From the NCBI GenBank assembly GCA_043228905.1, contig JBHGNT010000006.1, forward strand, positions 20,212,001 to 20,276,000: a stretch of 64,000 nt of DNA, written 5' to 3'. Under the pieces are notes generated by a model, which saw nothing but the letters and a program-made list of their open reading frames with translations, was not told the DNA's origin and made no database searches. This DNA is from Azolla caroliniana (taxonomy: Eukaryota; Plantae; Polypodiophyta). Made by a program: the position numbers and the translations under genes. Shown in pieces: positions 1 to 12,700 of this stretch (within the stretch, counting starts at the first letter, position 1; each line of letters starts with the position of its first letter).

Positions 1-3000
1 GCTTTATCCATAACAACAACATCCAATCTTTTCAAATGGTTGTGCGTTCATAACTTCCAATGGCCAAACTCTTATAAAATCTCACGTCATTGGTTGCTCA
101 AATGGCGTACTCTCTTTTTTCCTTGATGCATTCTCTCATTTTGGATATTCCATGATATCTTCTCCATCCACTCAAGCCTGGAACTTTCATAAAGAGATTT
201 TTTGCTAAATGCTCATCAAGGGACACTATTCCAATGTCATATTTCTCATTTGAAGTGGCATTGGACCTTGATATCCTTTTGTCCAACCTTGGAACTTTGA
301 TTCTTTGCAAATTGCTTCACATCCCGCATTTGGTTATTGTGTGCTATCTACATACATTCCCCATTTTTCGTTAGGATCTTTCTACCAAAATTGCTTCACA
401 TCCCATATAATACACCACCTTGGACTTGGCTTTTGAAGGGCAATGAGACACTCACTACTTTTTGGCCCAAAAATAATTTCAAACCCAAAGTAGCAAATGT
501 CCTCTAGATCTCTAGCATTGTTGGAATCACAATATCTGGTTAAATTTGTTCCTCAACTAATCTTGACGCCAAATCTAACCATACTCTTTAGATACCTTAG
601 AGTGTGCATCCTAAATTGGCAATGGTTCTTCTCAAAACAAGCTATGAACCTTACCCCCAATTCCACCGCACATGCTATTTCTATTGTATTGTATGGGTAT
701 TGGATATTCCTTACTAGAGCTTGATACATGCACGATGTCTCAAACCTTTTGCTTTAGGTTTTCATCAAGTTCATGTTGAGCTACATCAACGTGGAAAATA
801 TATTTTATAATCATCCATCACAAACACCTAGACAATAAAGTGAGCATATTTGGTCTAAGTGACAAACATCTACCTATCCATTTGCTACACCTCTAGTTCT
901 AGATAAAGGTGTAACAAACTAAAATCCTTCATCTTGAACTTTGGACCCAACTTTGCTTAATCTCACCAATATCAATGTTACATGGGACAACTAAATCATC
1001 CATATACAACACAAGGATAATTGTATGCACACCTTCATTTTGTACATAAGCATATTGAACATCTTCTAATCTACCTTTTTCATGGGAATCCATCCATCTA
1101 CTTGTACAAAACCTTTGGCACCTAGTTTAGTTTATGCACACCTTCATTTTGTACATAAAGCATATTGAACATCTTCTAATCCACCTTCTTTTCAAGTAGC
1201 CTATGGCCAAACACTACATCGTGACTTAACTCCTCCAAAAGAATGTACCCCACATGTATGAGACTTAAGTCATCCCAAAATGGACACAACAATGTGAAGA
1301 CACATCTCCATACTCCATTTTTTTTTGTTATCCTTCTCTACATTTAGCTAATAATTATTGAAAAAAATGGAAACTTCAAGATAAATCCATGAAGGTTATC
1401 CAATAACTCCTCTTGGAATAAAACAAAACAAGTAAATGAGGGACAAATATTTGACAATCCTATTTTCTTTTGTACAAAAGAGACATCATTTAATACTTGA
1501 AAAGGCACCTCCAAGAGAAATCATCCAAAAACGTTGGACGCTACCGTATGGTATTGCCCAAAGGGTTGCAAGTGTAATGAATTACGTAAGTACTTTCGAG
1601 AATTGAATATGAACATAAATTATACAATAGATGTATGAACATTGACAATGTAGGTTAATCATACCATAATGTCAATCATGACTCTCAATTATATCGTTAT
1701 ATACGCAAACCACTCATATCTTGTATTTTTCTTATCAATACAAACATTGAGCTAGAAATATATATGATGCATTTGGGGCACAAGTGCCCCAGGTAATGTA
1801 GATAAGCATGTTGGTGCTGCTTAGGAGCTTAGTACCATTTTCATTCATGCAATGGTAATACAAATATACACAATCCTTGCACACCAAATCCATATAATTG
1901 GTTATAAATGCACATGTCATTGATTAAAAGCACTAAGGTATTGTTTTCAAAGGTGTTGTTTTCAATACCTTTAAATTTTTCCACAAAACATTTGTGATGG
2001 CTACTTTTGTAATTCATATGCATTGCTATATTTATTTATCAAGATGGCTAGCAAAAGATAATGACCAACCAATCATAAACTTAATGTAAAATAAGTCAAT
2101 AGATGGAGTTCCTAGCTTCGACTTAGCCATAGTAATTGCTGAATAAAGTTCTTTGAATTTGTGAATTACTACATATTCATATAAGCTTCATTTAACAACA
2201 TAATCACTAATTCCTAAATGGTTACGACTCACGAGCATGTTAAGATTTAAAAGGAAGCTATAATTTATACGTGCAAAGTTTACACCATTTTGAAAGGACA
2301 AATCCCTTGTCCTAGGTGTCATGTACAACTTCCAATCCAAAATAGGATGGATTGAGATTGGGTATGTTTTAATTGGTAAAGTAAAAAGATTAATTGTGTG
2401 ACTATACTTGTGCTTATTATAAGTGGGAACATGATGATAAACTTAAAAGCTATGTAAATTTCCCAATAATAAAAGGCTATGCAATATTTGTATAGCTCTA
2501 ATAACATGAGAGGTTAAATCCTTCCGCGACTTCATGCAAAATAATCATTTATTTATTTTCCAAAAAAAACAAAATAATCATATTAGTTTCAACCATGAAT
2601 GTGCACAAATCATAGCACTCTATAAAAGAGAATTAAAGAAGGTAGGAGAAGAGATTGGGGCCTTCCCCTACTTAGTGCCAAAAGTTCAATCAAGTGTGAC
2701 CAATTGTACCTTGTATTCCTCTAGTGAAAGAAGTTAAGAATTAAGGAGAGATTGAAGCTTCAATTGCTTTGTGTAGAAATATCCATATAACGCAACCAAG
2801 CATATATCCACGCCGTATTACCCTAGTAAAATAAGAGATGGTCAGACGGAGATATTAAAACCTTCCACCATTTCACATAGAAAAAACGAGCAACAATGAC
2901 CATCGACATACACTCCTTTGTGTCAGTCAATTGAGCAAAAGAAGACAAGTGATTCGATACCTTCCCCTCACCGTCTTGTACAAAGCTTGGTCAACTATGA

Positions 3001-3463
3001 GCAAAACATAACTATACAAGCCTTCATAGTATGTACTTTTGTGGTGAAAAGAGAGGTCGAAACCTTCCATCACTTCACCTAGAAAAGCTCGAGCAACAAC
3101 GGCCAATGATACACAACTCCACGATTGATTGTGCTTCCACGATGCAGCCATGTAGGGACGTGAACCAGCGTTGACCAACGCATACGTATGTGGCTCTCGT
3201 AGCAATCTGTAGTGAAGTAGGAGGAGTAGGTTGGTCCTCCATTATGTGAGCGGAAAAGGAGTAGGTTAGTCGTGACAGGTAGAGCCCGAATTTATGTGAG
3301 AGAGGCACAAGGGACGAACTCTCGAGATGTCTCTCTAGGAACGCACAAATAGTGTAAGAATTAGAGAAGTATATTAGTATGTAGACTATAGTAGTAGTAG
3401 TAATAGGAGGAGGAGAGTTGAGGTAAATGTAGTGAGGTTCTTAGTTATAAAGCATTTCTTTTG

Positions 3464-3532
3464 GAGCTCAGCTTTTTGTAGCAGGGGCAGGGGCAGGGGC
3501 AGAGGTCGTGGGTTCGAATCCTCTGTCGGCCA
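3464..3532 (+). other. Degenerate tRNA-like remnant (pseudo-tRNA or SINE head)
   Basis: A-box-like AGCTCAGCT and B-box GGTTCGAATCC in AGAGGTCGTGGGTTCGAATCC, ending GGCCA. The anticodon arm is replaced by (GCAGGG)n and the T-stem is mispaired, so it is not a functional tRNA. Confidence 0.35.
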
Positions 3533-3705
3533 CTTCTCCACACTGTCACACAGAGAACGGAGCCACAGACTGTGACACAGAAGGCCCTTGTCTCCGTAGC
3601 CTTTTCCGCCCGCTTCTCCTCGCAGACAAACTCTCCCATCAATCAATCAGAAAAACTCCTCCCCCCCCCCCCCCAACAAAAGAAATTGAATTTCCGGCAA
3701 TTCGA

Positions 3706-6700
3706 ATGATCTGCCCTCAGCGATCTGCAACCAATCAACGTTCTTCTTCCTCCTCCTTCCTCGTAGCTTCTCCGCCGCGAATGGTAAGTTCTCATCATTC
3801 TCCCTTGCTTTAACCCTCATGTCTTCTCTATCTCCAATCTTCTGCATCGATCATCGGGACCATACTGATGCTTTCTTTTCTCATTAAAAGCTATTATTCT
3901 CAAAGGGCGAATTTCTCGTTTCGATATAATCCTTTTTTGTTTTGTTTTGTTTTGTTTGTTTGGCCAGTGCCTGTGGTCACTCTGTTGTCAACCATAAATT
4001 TCTACATCCCGAATGGTATGTCACACTTCTTTCTTGTTTGATCCTCATGTCTCTTATGTGCATCCGATAGATGCTGATTGATATACTATTCTTATCTTCT
4101 TCGTCTTCTGAATATATGTACCTGAAAGAAAAGTGGTTCCGGTAATCGGCATATACCTTTGTAAACCACCCATTGAAACAAGATCCTAACTTTTAGTGGG
4201 GGAATATCCAACAACCTTTTCCATTGAATGAATTACTGAACCAGATCCGGGAAATAATGAAGCTTTGGAATAAGCATGTGTAATCAAATGAAATAATGCA
4301 GATCAATAAGCACCAGTACCCAATGCTAGTACCATATATGCAAGGACATACTCTTTGTGTAGTTAGAGAAGGAAACACCTCTCATGAAAATGTCATGGTT
4401 GTTTGGAGCAAGAGTAAATTTTTTTGTTTGGATTCAAGAGAATTTTTGTTGTGCTGCTAAAAGGATTTTCTTTTGCATCTTCTGGATCAGATGCATTAAA
4501 TTATTTTTGTTTGCACAAAAACAAGAAATATTCTTGGTTGCCAAATGCTTTGCAAGGACAAACGTACTGTGTTGTATAAAAATAAGGCAATATCTGGATC
4601 AGTTGATTCATGTAGATATAATTATGTTTGCCAAAGCTAGTGTAAGGACAACAAGAAATCGTTTTTGTTTGCCAGAAACTATTCAAGGGCATACTCATGG
4701 TATTGTTAAAAAGAAAATTTGTATGCATCTCGTCGATGGGACAATTTCTTATAGATATTATTTTATTTTCAAAAGATCGTGAGGACAACAAGAATTCATT
4801 TCCCTTGCCAAAATCTGTGCATATACTAGCTAAATTATGTTGTTAAAAGGCAAATTCATGCATCTTCTTGAATACATGGTTTATGGAGATGCAGAACAAA
4901 AGCTGTTCAAGGACAAGAAGAATTTAATTTGCGAAAATCTGTGCAAGAACAATGTACCTGTGTTGCACTGCTAAAAGGAAAATTCACATCATCTGAATCA
5001 TATATTATTTAATTTGCTGAAGGATAAGAAGAATTTAATTTGTGTGACCAGAATCTGTGCAAGGACATGCTCATTATGGGGCAGAGGAGATCTCTGCATT
5101 TTCTGCTTTAGTTGGTTCATCTGGATATCATCTTATTTGCCAAAGTCTGTGCAAAGACACTATGGTCATTGCACTGTCAAGATGAAAATTGTGCATCTTT
5201 TAGATCAGCCAGCTTATATAGACTTATCATTTTGTTTCCACAGGCTCTACAAGGATACGAAGAATCGGACATTATATTTGTTCGAGAGAATGTTTCGATG
5301 CATCCACGACAACAAGCTATAGAACGGATAAATGGACGGTTCCGATTGCTCAAGAAAGACTTCTCTTTGTTTATGGTAATGCTTGCTTATTTCTGTAAAT
5401 TTCTTTGAAATATAATGATTTAAACCGATTGCTCAAGAAAGACTTCTCTTTATTATTATTTTGTCTCCGGATGCAGACATGGATCCCTTATACTCAAAGA
5501 GTTAATGTAGGAATATCCACATCAAATATTGCCTCTACTGGCAAGGGTTCAGGTATAGATGATTTCTGCTGTGGTTTTTTTCGTTGTATTTTACAAAGGC
5601 AAAGTGTACCCCCTCTTATAATATATTCTCTCAGACAGAAATCTGTATTCTATCCGAGCTGTTTCAGTGGATGAAATAAGGTCAATTTGGCGACATTCTC
5701 CACCACTAGGTTGGCAGTATATCATTATTGTGCTAAATACAGGTATTTAGTTTATCAGCATTCTATCATTTAATTATTGTTCTTGTTTTTTTATGGTAAA
5801 CACATTCATGCTTTGATTAATTCTTGCTTTCTTTTTCAGGAGTCACTTTTCCTCCTTTATATTTTCACAATGGTGGAGTTAGGGAATTATTAAACAAATT
5901 GAAGGAACATGTTCACATTGTGAGGTAAATGGATGTACCGAACCAATGGCTTAACGGTTCGGTTTGGTTTTAACAGCCAGAAACCGCAGTTTAAACGGTT
6001 TTTTATTTTTAAAATTTATAAAAAATTTAAAAAATTGTTTTTAAACAATCTGTTCATTTTTAGACCTTATTCTCACATTTTAGGAACATCTTAAAAAATT
6101 TTAAAATTTTTAAAAATGAAATATTATCAATTTTAAAAAATTAAAAATTAAAAATTAAAATTTTGACCTATGTTGAAAACCGAAACCGAACCACGAAACC
6201 ACGGTTTTTATGGTTTAATGGTTTAACGGTTTGAAAATGGTTTACGGTTTCGTGGTTCGGTTCGGTTTGGTTCAGGTTTCAAAATTCCCATAAAAGCTAC
6301 TCGAGGAACACATAAGTGTAACAAACCCCCCCTAGAGCAAATGATGTGAACATATACAAGGAGTGACAAATCAACCCCCACAAGGCAATAAGCCTAAAGC
6401 TTTGTGAAAAGCTTCAAACTTTTCTCTTGGAAGAGCTTTGGTGAATATGTCTGCCACATTATCTTGTGTAGGCACATATACCAGATCAATATCTCCTGCA
6501 TGAAGGTGCTCTCTCACATAGTGATAATGCACCTCAGTATGTTTGGTCCGTGCATGAAATACAGGATTTCGTGCAACAGCCAACGCACTCTGACTATCTG
6601 TGAGAATATGTGTAGCAACATCAATCTCCATGCAAAGATCCATCAAAAGGCGTCTTAGCCATATACACTCCACTGTAGCTGTGAAAACTGCCTTGTACTC

Positions 6701-9700
6701 AGCTTCACAACTCGATGTTGCCACTGTAGGTTGCTTTTTACTCAACCAAGATATACATGAGTTTCCAAGGAAAAAGCAATTACCACTAGTGGACACGCGA
6801 GTATCGTAACAACCAGCCCAGCATGGCTGAGTATCTCTGCCATAAAAGAGACCCAAGCTCAAAGTGCCTCTGAGATATCTAAACACACGTTTCACTGCTT
6901 GCCAATGCTTAGTGCCAAGGTTATGCATGAATAGACTCAACTGGGAAACTGCATACTGTATATCCGGCCTTGTATTGCATGCATATATAAGACATTCCAC
7001 AGCTTGCTGATAAAGAGAAGTATCAAATGCATCACTAGAATCCTCAACTGAGAACCTAAATCCTGTCTCCACAGGTGTAGAAACTGGCTTGCAATCCTCA
7101 AAGTGAAAATGCTGAAGTAGTTTTTCAACATACTTTCCTTGATGCATCACCATTCCCCCCTCAACGGATACAAATTGGATGCCAAGATAGTAGCTCAAAA
7201 GACCAAGATAAGTGACATCAAAAGTATGCTGCAAATCAGCCATTACAATGTCAAGTTTTGCATCACATGACCCAGTCAAGAGTATGTCATCAACATAAAG
7301 AACAATCACTATAAGATCAGCCCCATCTTTGCGTACATAAAGTGTGCTTTCAATTGAACTACATGTGAAGCCAAGAGCAATCAAGTGCTTATGAATTTTT
7401 TCATACCACGCACGTGGAGCTTGCTTGAGACCATACAAGGCTTTATGCAAGCGACAAACCATATGCTCTTTCTCTTTCATAGCAAATCCAGGAGGTTGCT
7501 TCACATAAACCTCTTCTTGCAAATCACCATTTAAGAAAGCTGTTTTTATGTCCAACTGATGCACTTTCCATCTTCTTTGGGCAGCCAATGCAACCACGGT
7601 ACGAATGGTAGTCATGCATGAAGTAGGTGCAAAAGTTTCCTCATAATCAATGCCACCATCAGACTTTCGTTTAATCTTGTAAACCCACTTAGTACCAATG
7701 CCATTCTTTCCTTTTGGCAATTCACATAACTCCCAAGTACCATTCTTATGTATGGAATCCATTTTTGATTGCATTGCACTCACCCAATGTGGATCATTAC
7801 ATGCATCTTCAAAAGTAAGTGGCTCCTCATAACATGCTATTGCAACAATAGAATAATCCACAAAATTCTACCAAGTAAAGGTGCACTCAATTTGCTATCT
7901 TGCAAAGTTTGTTTCAGCCACTTTGGCATAGTTTGTGCACTCTTGATAGACATGCGCTCCTTGTGTAATACATCTTCAATATGTACATCATGGTGGGCTG
8001 AATTTCATGCTCATTTTCAGCCATATTTTGTTGCAAATGTTCAGCCATGTTTGGCTGGACATTTCGTGCATTTTCTTTCAGCCCTTTGAAACTCACTTGC
8101 CTGGTCTACATCTCCATAGTCAAGTGCACCACTTTGGAACAAAGGCATGAGTGTATCAAACACATCTTGTGAGCTAACTGTTGGCTGTTTTTTGCATTCA
8201 AGAAAAGGGAAAACTGAATTTTCAGCAAATACCACATCTCAACTCACAATAATTGTGTTTGTCAATGGATGGTACAAACGATATCCCTTACTTTCAGCAC
8301 TATAACGAACAAATATGCATTTCTTTGCCTTGTCATCAAGTTTGTGACATTGTTGTGATGGCACAAGAGCATATGCCAAACAACCAAACACACACATATG
8401 ACTAACCATAGGTTTATGTCCATTCCAAGCCTCATATGGAGTAATGACCCTCAATGCGTTTGTAGGGCAACGATTCAACACATAATTTGCACACATAACT
8501 GCTTCCATCCAAAACTTGTTAGGAAGATGCTTTCCTTTAACCATACATTGTGCCATCTCTAAGAGTGTTCTATTTTTGCGCTCTGTAACACCATTTTGCT
8601 GAGGTGTATATGGCATCGTACATTGATGTGAAATACCTCTTTCACAAAGAAAGCATTAAACTCATGTGACATGTATTCGCTGCCACGATCCATGAGTAGA
8701 GTCAAGAGCTTATTTCCCAAAAAAAATTCAACCATAGCTAAAAATGATTTGAAGCAAAAAAATACCTCATTCTTTGCTTTCATAGGATACACCCATGTAT
8801 GGCGAGTAGCATCATCAATGAAGGTAACAAAATATACATGCTTTTCAAAAGATGGAGTCTTCACGGGACCGCACACATCACTATGAACAAGTTGTAATTT
8901 TCTTGTAATGTGTGTATGACTATCTTTTGGAAAAGAAGCACGATGCATTTTTCCAAGAATGCAACCTTCACATGCATGTTCTTCAATGGACTCAAGTGTA
9001 GGCAACCCAATAACCATATCCATCTTTTGCAAGTGGAGCAAACTATTGAAGTTCAAGTGACCAAAACGAGCATGCCAAAGTTCCATTTCAGCCATGGAAG
9101 AAGTATGGACAGCCAAGGCATTTAGGGCAGCCCTCTTGTATGTATCCAAGTGATACAAGCCATTGCATAATGTACCGGACATCACGATAGCATCGCCATT
9201 GCTGAAATCATGAACCATGCACTTATCATCAACAAAATGTACATGAAGTCCAGCTTTGGCAATCAAAGGAACCGAAATTAAGTTCTTCTTAATACCAGGC
9301 ACATACAATACATTCTTCAAGATGACAACACCTCCATTTGCAGCCGTAAGCCCAATTTCTCCTACTCCAATGATAGGATAAGAGGTATTGTTTGCACACA
9401 CCACATCTCCTCCTTTGGGTGCATCTTTCAAGGATGCAAAAAAAACTTTTGCATGAAGTTATGTGCTTTGAAGCACCATTATCGAAGAACCAATCTGAAT
9501 CAATCTCACTTACAACCATACACTTAGGGTGCAATGATGCATCGTAATGATTTGTAACAACACATACCCAATAATCTTGGGCCATGTTGGCTTCATCACT
9601 CTTTGCACATGAAGAATTTTCAGCAATGGTCATGCCGGATTCCGTCTTCTTCTCATTGCACTTAACAAGCTTTCTACACTCATCAATAGTATGACCAGCC

Positions 9701-12700
9701 TTCTGGCAATATTTGCATTGCTTCTTCTTTTGCAAATCACCATCATTAGAGGAATAAGTGGAAGAGGAAGGTTGAGGCTTTGGTTTTGATGAACCAAAAG
9801 CTGAACCATACTTGTTTTTTCCCTTTTGTGAGATAGCAAGTGCTTGTGTTCCCTCTATCAAACCACTTCTATTCACTCTAGATTGTTCTTCTTGCAAAAG
9901 AAGAGACACAACCTCATCAAATGCATACATATCAGTATTCCCTTTTGAAACCAAACAGATTGTAGTAGCAAAGCTTTGAAAAGATTCGGGCAATCCTTTC
10001 AACAACGTAGAGATGTATTCGGAATGATCTCATCTATGTTCGCCAATTGCTCTTTCAAAACTTTGATGCGTGTCTCATACACATCTACTGACTCATTTTC
10101 AGCCATATGTACATCCTCAAGTTGCTTTCTCAAATATGCAACACGTGCTTCATTATGCATGGCAAACAAAGAAGCAAGATTGTCCCATGCCTGTTTGGAT
10201 GTAGAGCATGATCGAATATGTGGAACTATATGACACTTCACAGAAAGTGCAATCAATGCATGAGCTTGAGCCTCTTTTCCATCCCATCTAAGTTGCTCCT
10301 GTGTAGGTGGAGTAGGTGAAGCCACCATGCTCGAAGAGGAACTTGTATCTGTGACAGTAGACTGTGAAGTAGAAGGACTGGCGGGCCGCCTATCTGTGAC
10401 AGTAGACTGTGAAGTAGAAGAACGTGTTTCATCCTGTAGGACCACATCGGATAGTTAGTCCCATCAAGCTTATCTTCAGCTTGAAGCATGCCAAACAAGT
10501 CACTGTTGTTTGCCATTTCACCAGAGAACAAGAAAGTGGCAAAATCTTACCTCAACGTAATCTGAAATGCATGCTGAAATTTCAGCTCATGAACACTCAC
10601 TCTTATGGCGATTTTGACTGCATGGACAGCTTTGAAATGGGGTTCAAACAGCAGGGCACCTGCCGAAAATGCTCTTCGAGTGCTGAAATTCACTTCTCTA
10701 CATACGGAAGTTGATTTGCACTATTAAAAGTGTGCGCGGGCCACGATGCGGAAAACCGAAGATGGAGAGGATGAAGAATCTGCTCTGATACCACTGTTGG
10801 GTGTGTATGAGAGAGTGAGAGACACAAGAAGCACAAATGCAACACTCACACAAAGAAGACAATGGCTGGAATAGCTCTCTCTATTGATGAATTATTCTAA
10901 ACTAGTAAGAGCTGAAATATATATCCCTAAGTACTAAGTACCACCACATATGAGTGAATCATGTATGTGGTAGCTGTGAATTTCTTATCTGCATTTGGGT
11001 TATACAGCAGCTCTCACAACATGTCCATGTAACTTATGAAATTCACCACTTAGATTGTGTTGTTTCCATGCTGCAAGTTTTGCAATGCATGTGTATGAAC
11101 AAGAAGAAAAATACAAGGCAAGTGTCCCCTCTTGTTGTCTGTTTAGCTTAGAATGGATGATCATAAGTACTTATTTGAAAGTTTATCTTTGGGTTAATGA
11201 TATAGTTGGGTATCCTGCAATGCTCAGTCCAAAAAGACACTGTTGTCATGGTTGCAGGTCAACAGAGGATGCAAATCTTTATGTCCTCAATGAAGTGATT
11301 CAAGATCCTCTTCAGGTACAGTATACTTCAGCGTGATGATTTATCATAAAAATATGTTTTTCTAGATTTGGGCAAAAATAATTGCCCATAACAATACCAT
11401 CACCTTTCTGAGTCTGAGATTCATAAAGTATGAACCCTATGAGGATCATCCATAGAGTTTGAAAATACTGCATGTAAGCTAAGTTAGCTCGTACATTTTA
11501 AATGGTAGAGTTATTCATACCTTCTAGAATTTAAATGGTCCATTTTACATATATTTAAAAACAATTCATTGTGATCAGTTACTTTAGCCCAAAATATTGT
11601 AGTCATTATCCACAAAGTTGTCAAATATAGAGATCTCAATAAGATCTTGGTAAGGAGTGGCCACAAAACAAATCACAGAGATTCTCTATGTAGTATGGAC
11701 AGCAGTAGTAGGTAGAAAATCATCTTGTAATATATGGGCAAGGAATCTCAAAGTTCTTGTATATAATTCAAAAACGTTGAAAGTTATTTAAGTTGCATTT
11801 GAAATTGGGAACTGAATGATTGGAGAATGCTGGTGAAATTATGCCCATTAAATTTACTTCTTGGCAACAATACCTCTGGTCATTCCCTGGCTGATATAGT
11901 ACTCATCAATGTTTTGATTGATCAAAGTACTTGTTTGCCTTTGAAGAACTATGTATTTCTGGTCATATCTTATCAGGTCTTGATTATAGTAAAAAATTAA
12001 CAATACTTTCTCCCTTTTGGGTCTGCAGAGGAGTTTGTCATCCCTGGAGTTGCGGGAAGTGGTTCCTATCACAACGATTTCAATTTCAGAAGCTCATATG
12101 CCTAATGTCAACAGTCAAAAGAAAAGGTAAGATGCCAGTATTGACTACAGAATTTTGTGTATCCTATATTAGGTGGTTGCCCTTTCTTCCAGATTGATTT
12201 AATTCATTTGAAAATATTGTCATTCTGCAGATTTTCAGAGGAGCTAAAAATTTCACCAGCTAGAGAAGATTCCATTGTTGCTAGATTTGGACAACAGCTG
12301 CCCTTGCAGAGCGATTCAGAGGTTTTTTATGCAGGAATTCATGACTTTCCAGTATCTCGTCTCTTCAAAAGTCTTAATTGCGTATGCACAATGGTGACAG
12401 TTTCGGGGGAGATCAGCACCTGAGGAATTGGCTTCTACTTGTGTCGGCACCTTTGAACTAGTAGACCCAAAACAGGTTTCTAATGAAGGAATATCTTAAA
12501 TTTTCTACTCGTATTTTATATTTGCTCTAACTCCTCGAACTCAAATCATGAACATAATAATGGGCGACTGCCTTTTCTTGACAGAGTGACATCCCTCTGG
12601 TGTGGGGTAGAGCACGTCTTCCTCCTTTACAGAGTGAGGAGGTTTGTGATGTAGAAGTTTATGTAAGCATTTTGCCTATTTTCATATTATCTGATTAACT

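Noticed and set aside
1-1300. Possible decayed LINE reverse transcriptase on the minus strand (SRTRGVANG-like motif) and a ~50-bp direct repeat at 1023/1133
   Set aside because: Too degraded to support a call without a profile search.
5541-5552. Apparent GC-AG donor in the RabGAP gene
   Set aside because: A canonical in-phase GT donor lies 12 nt downstream at 5553.
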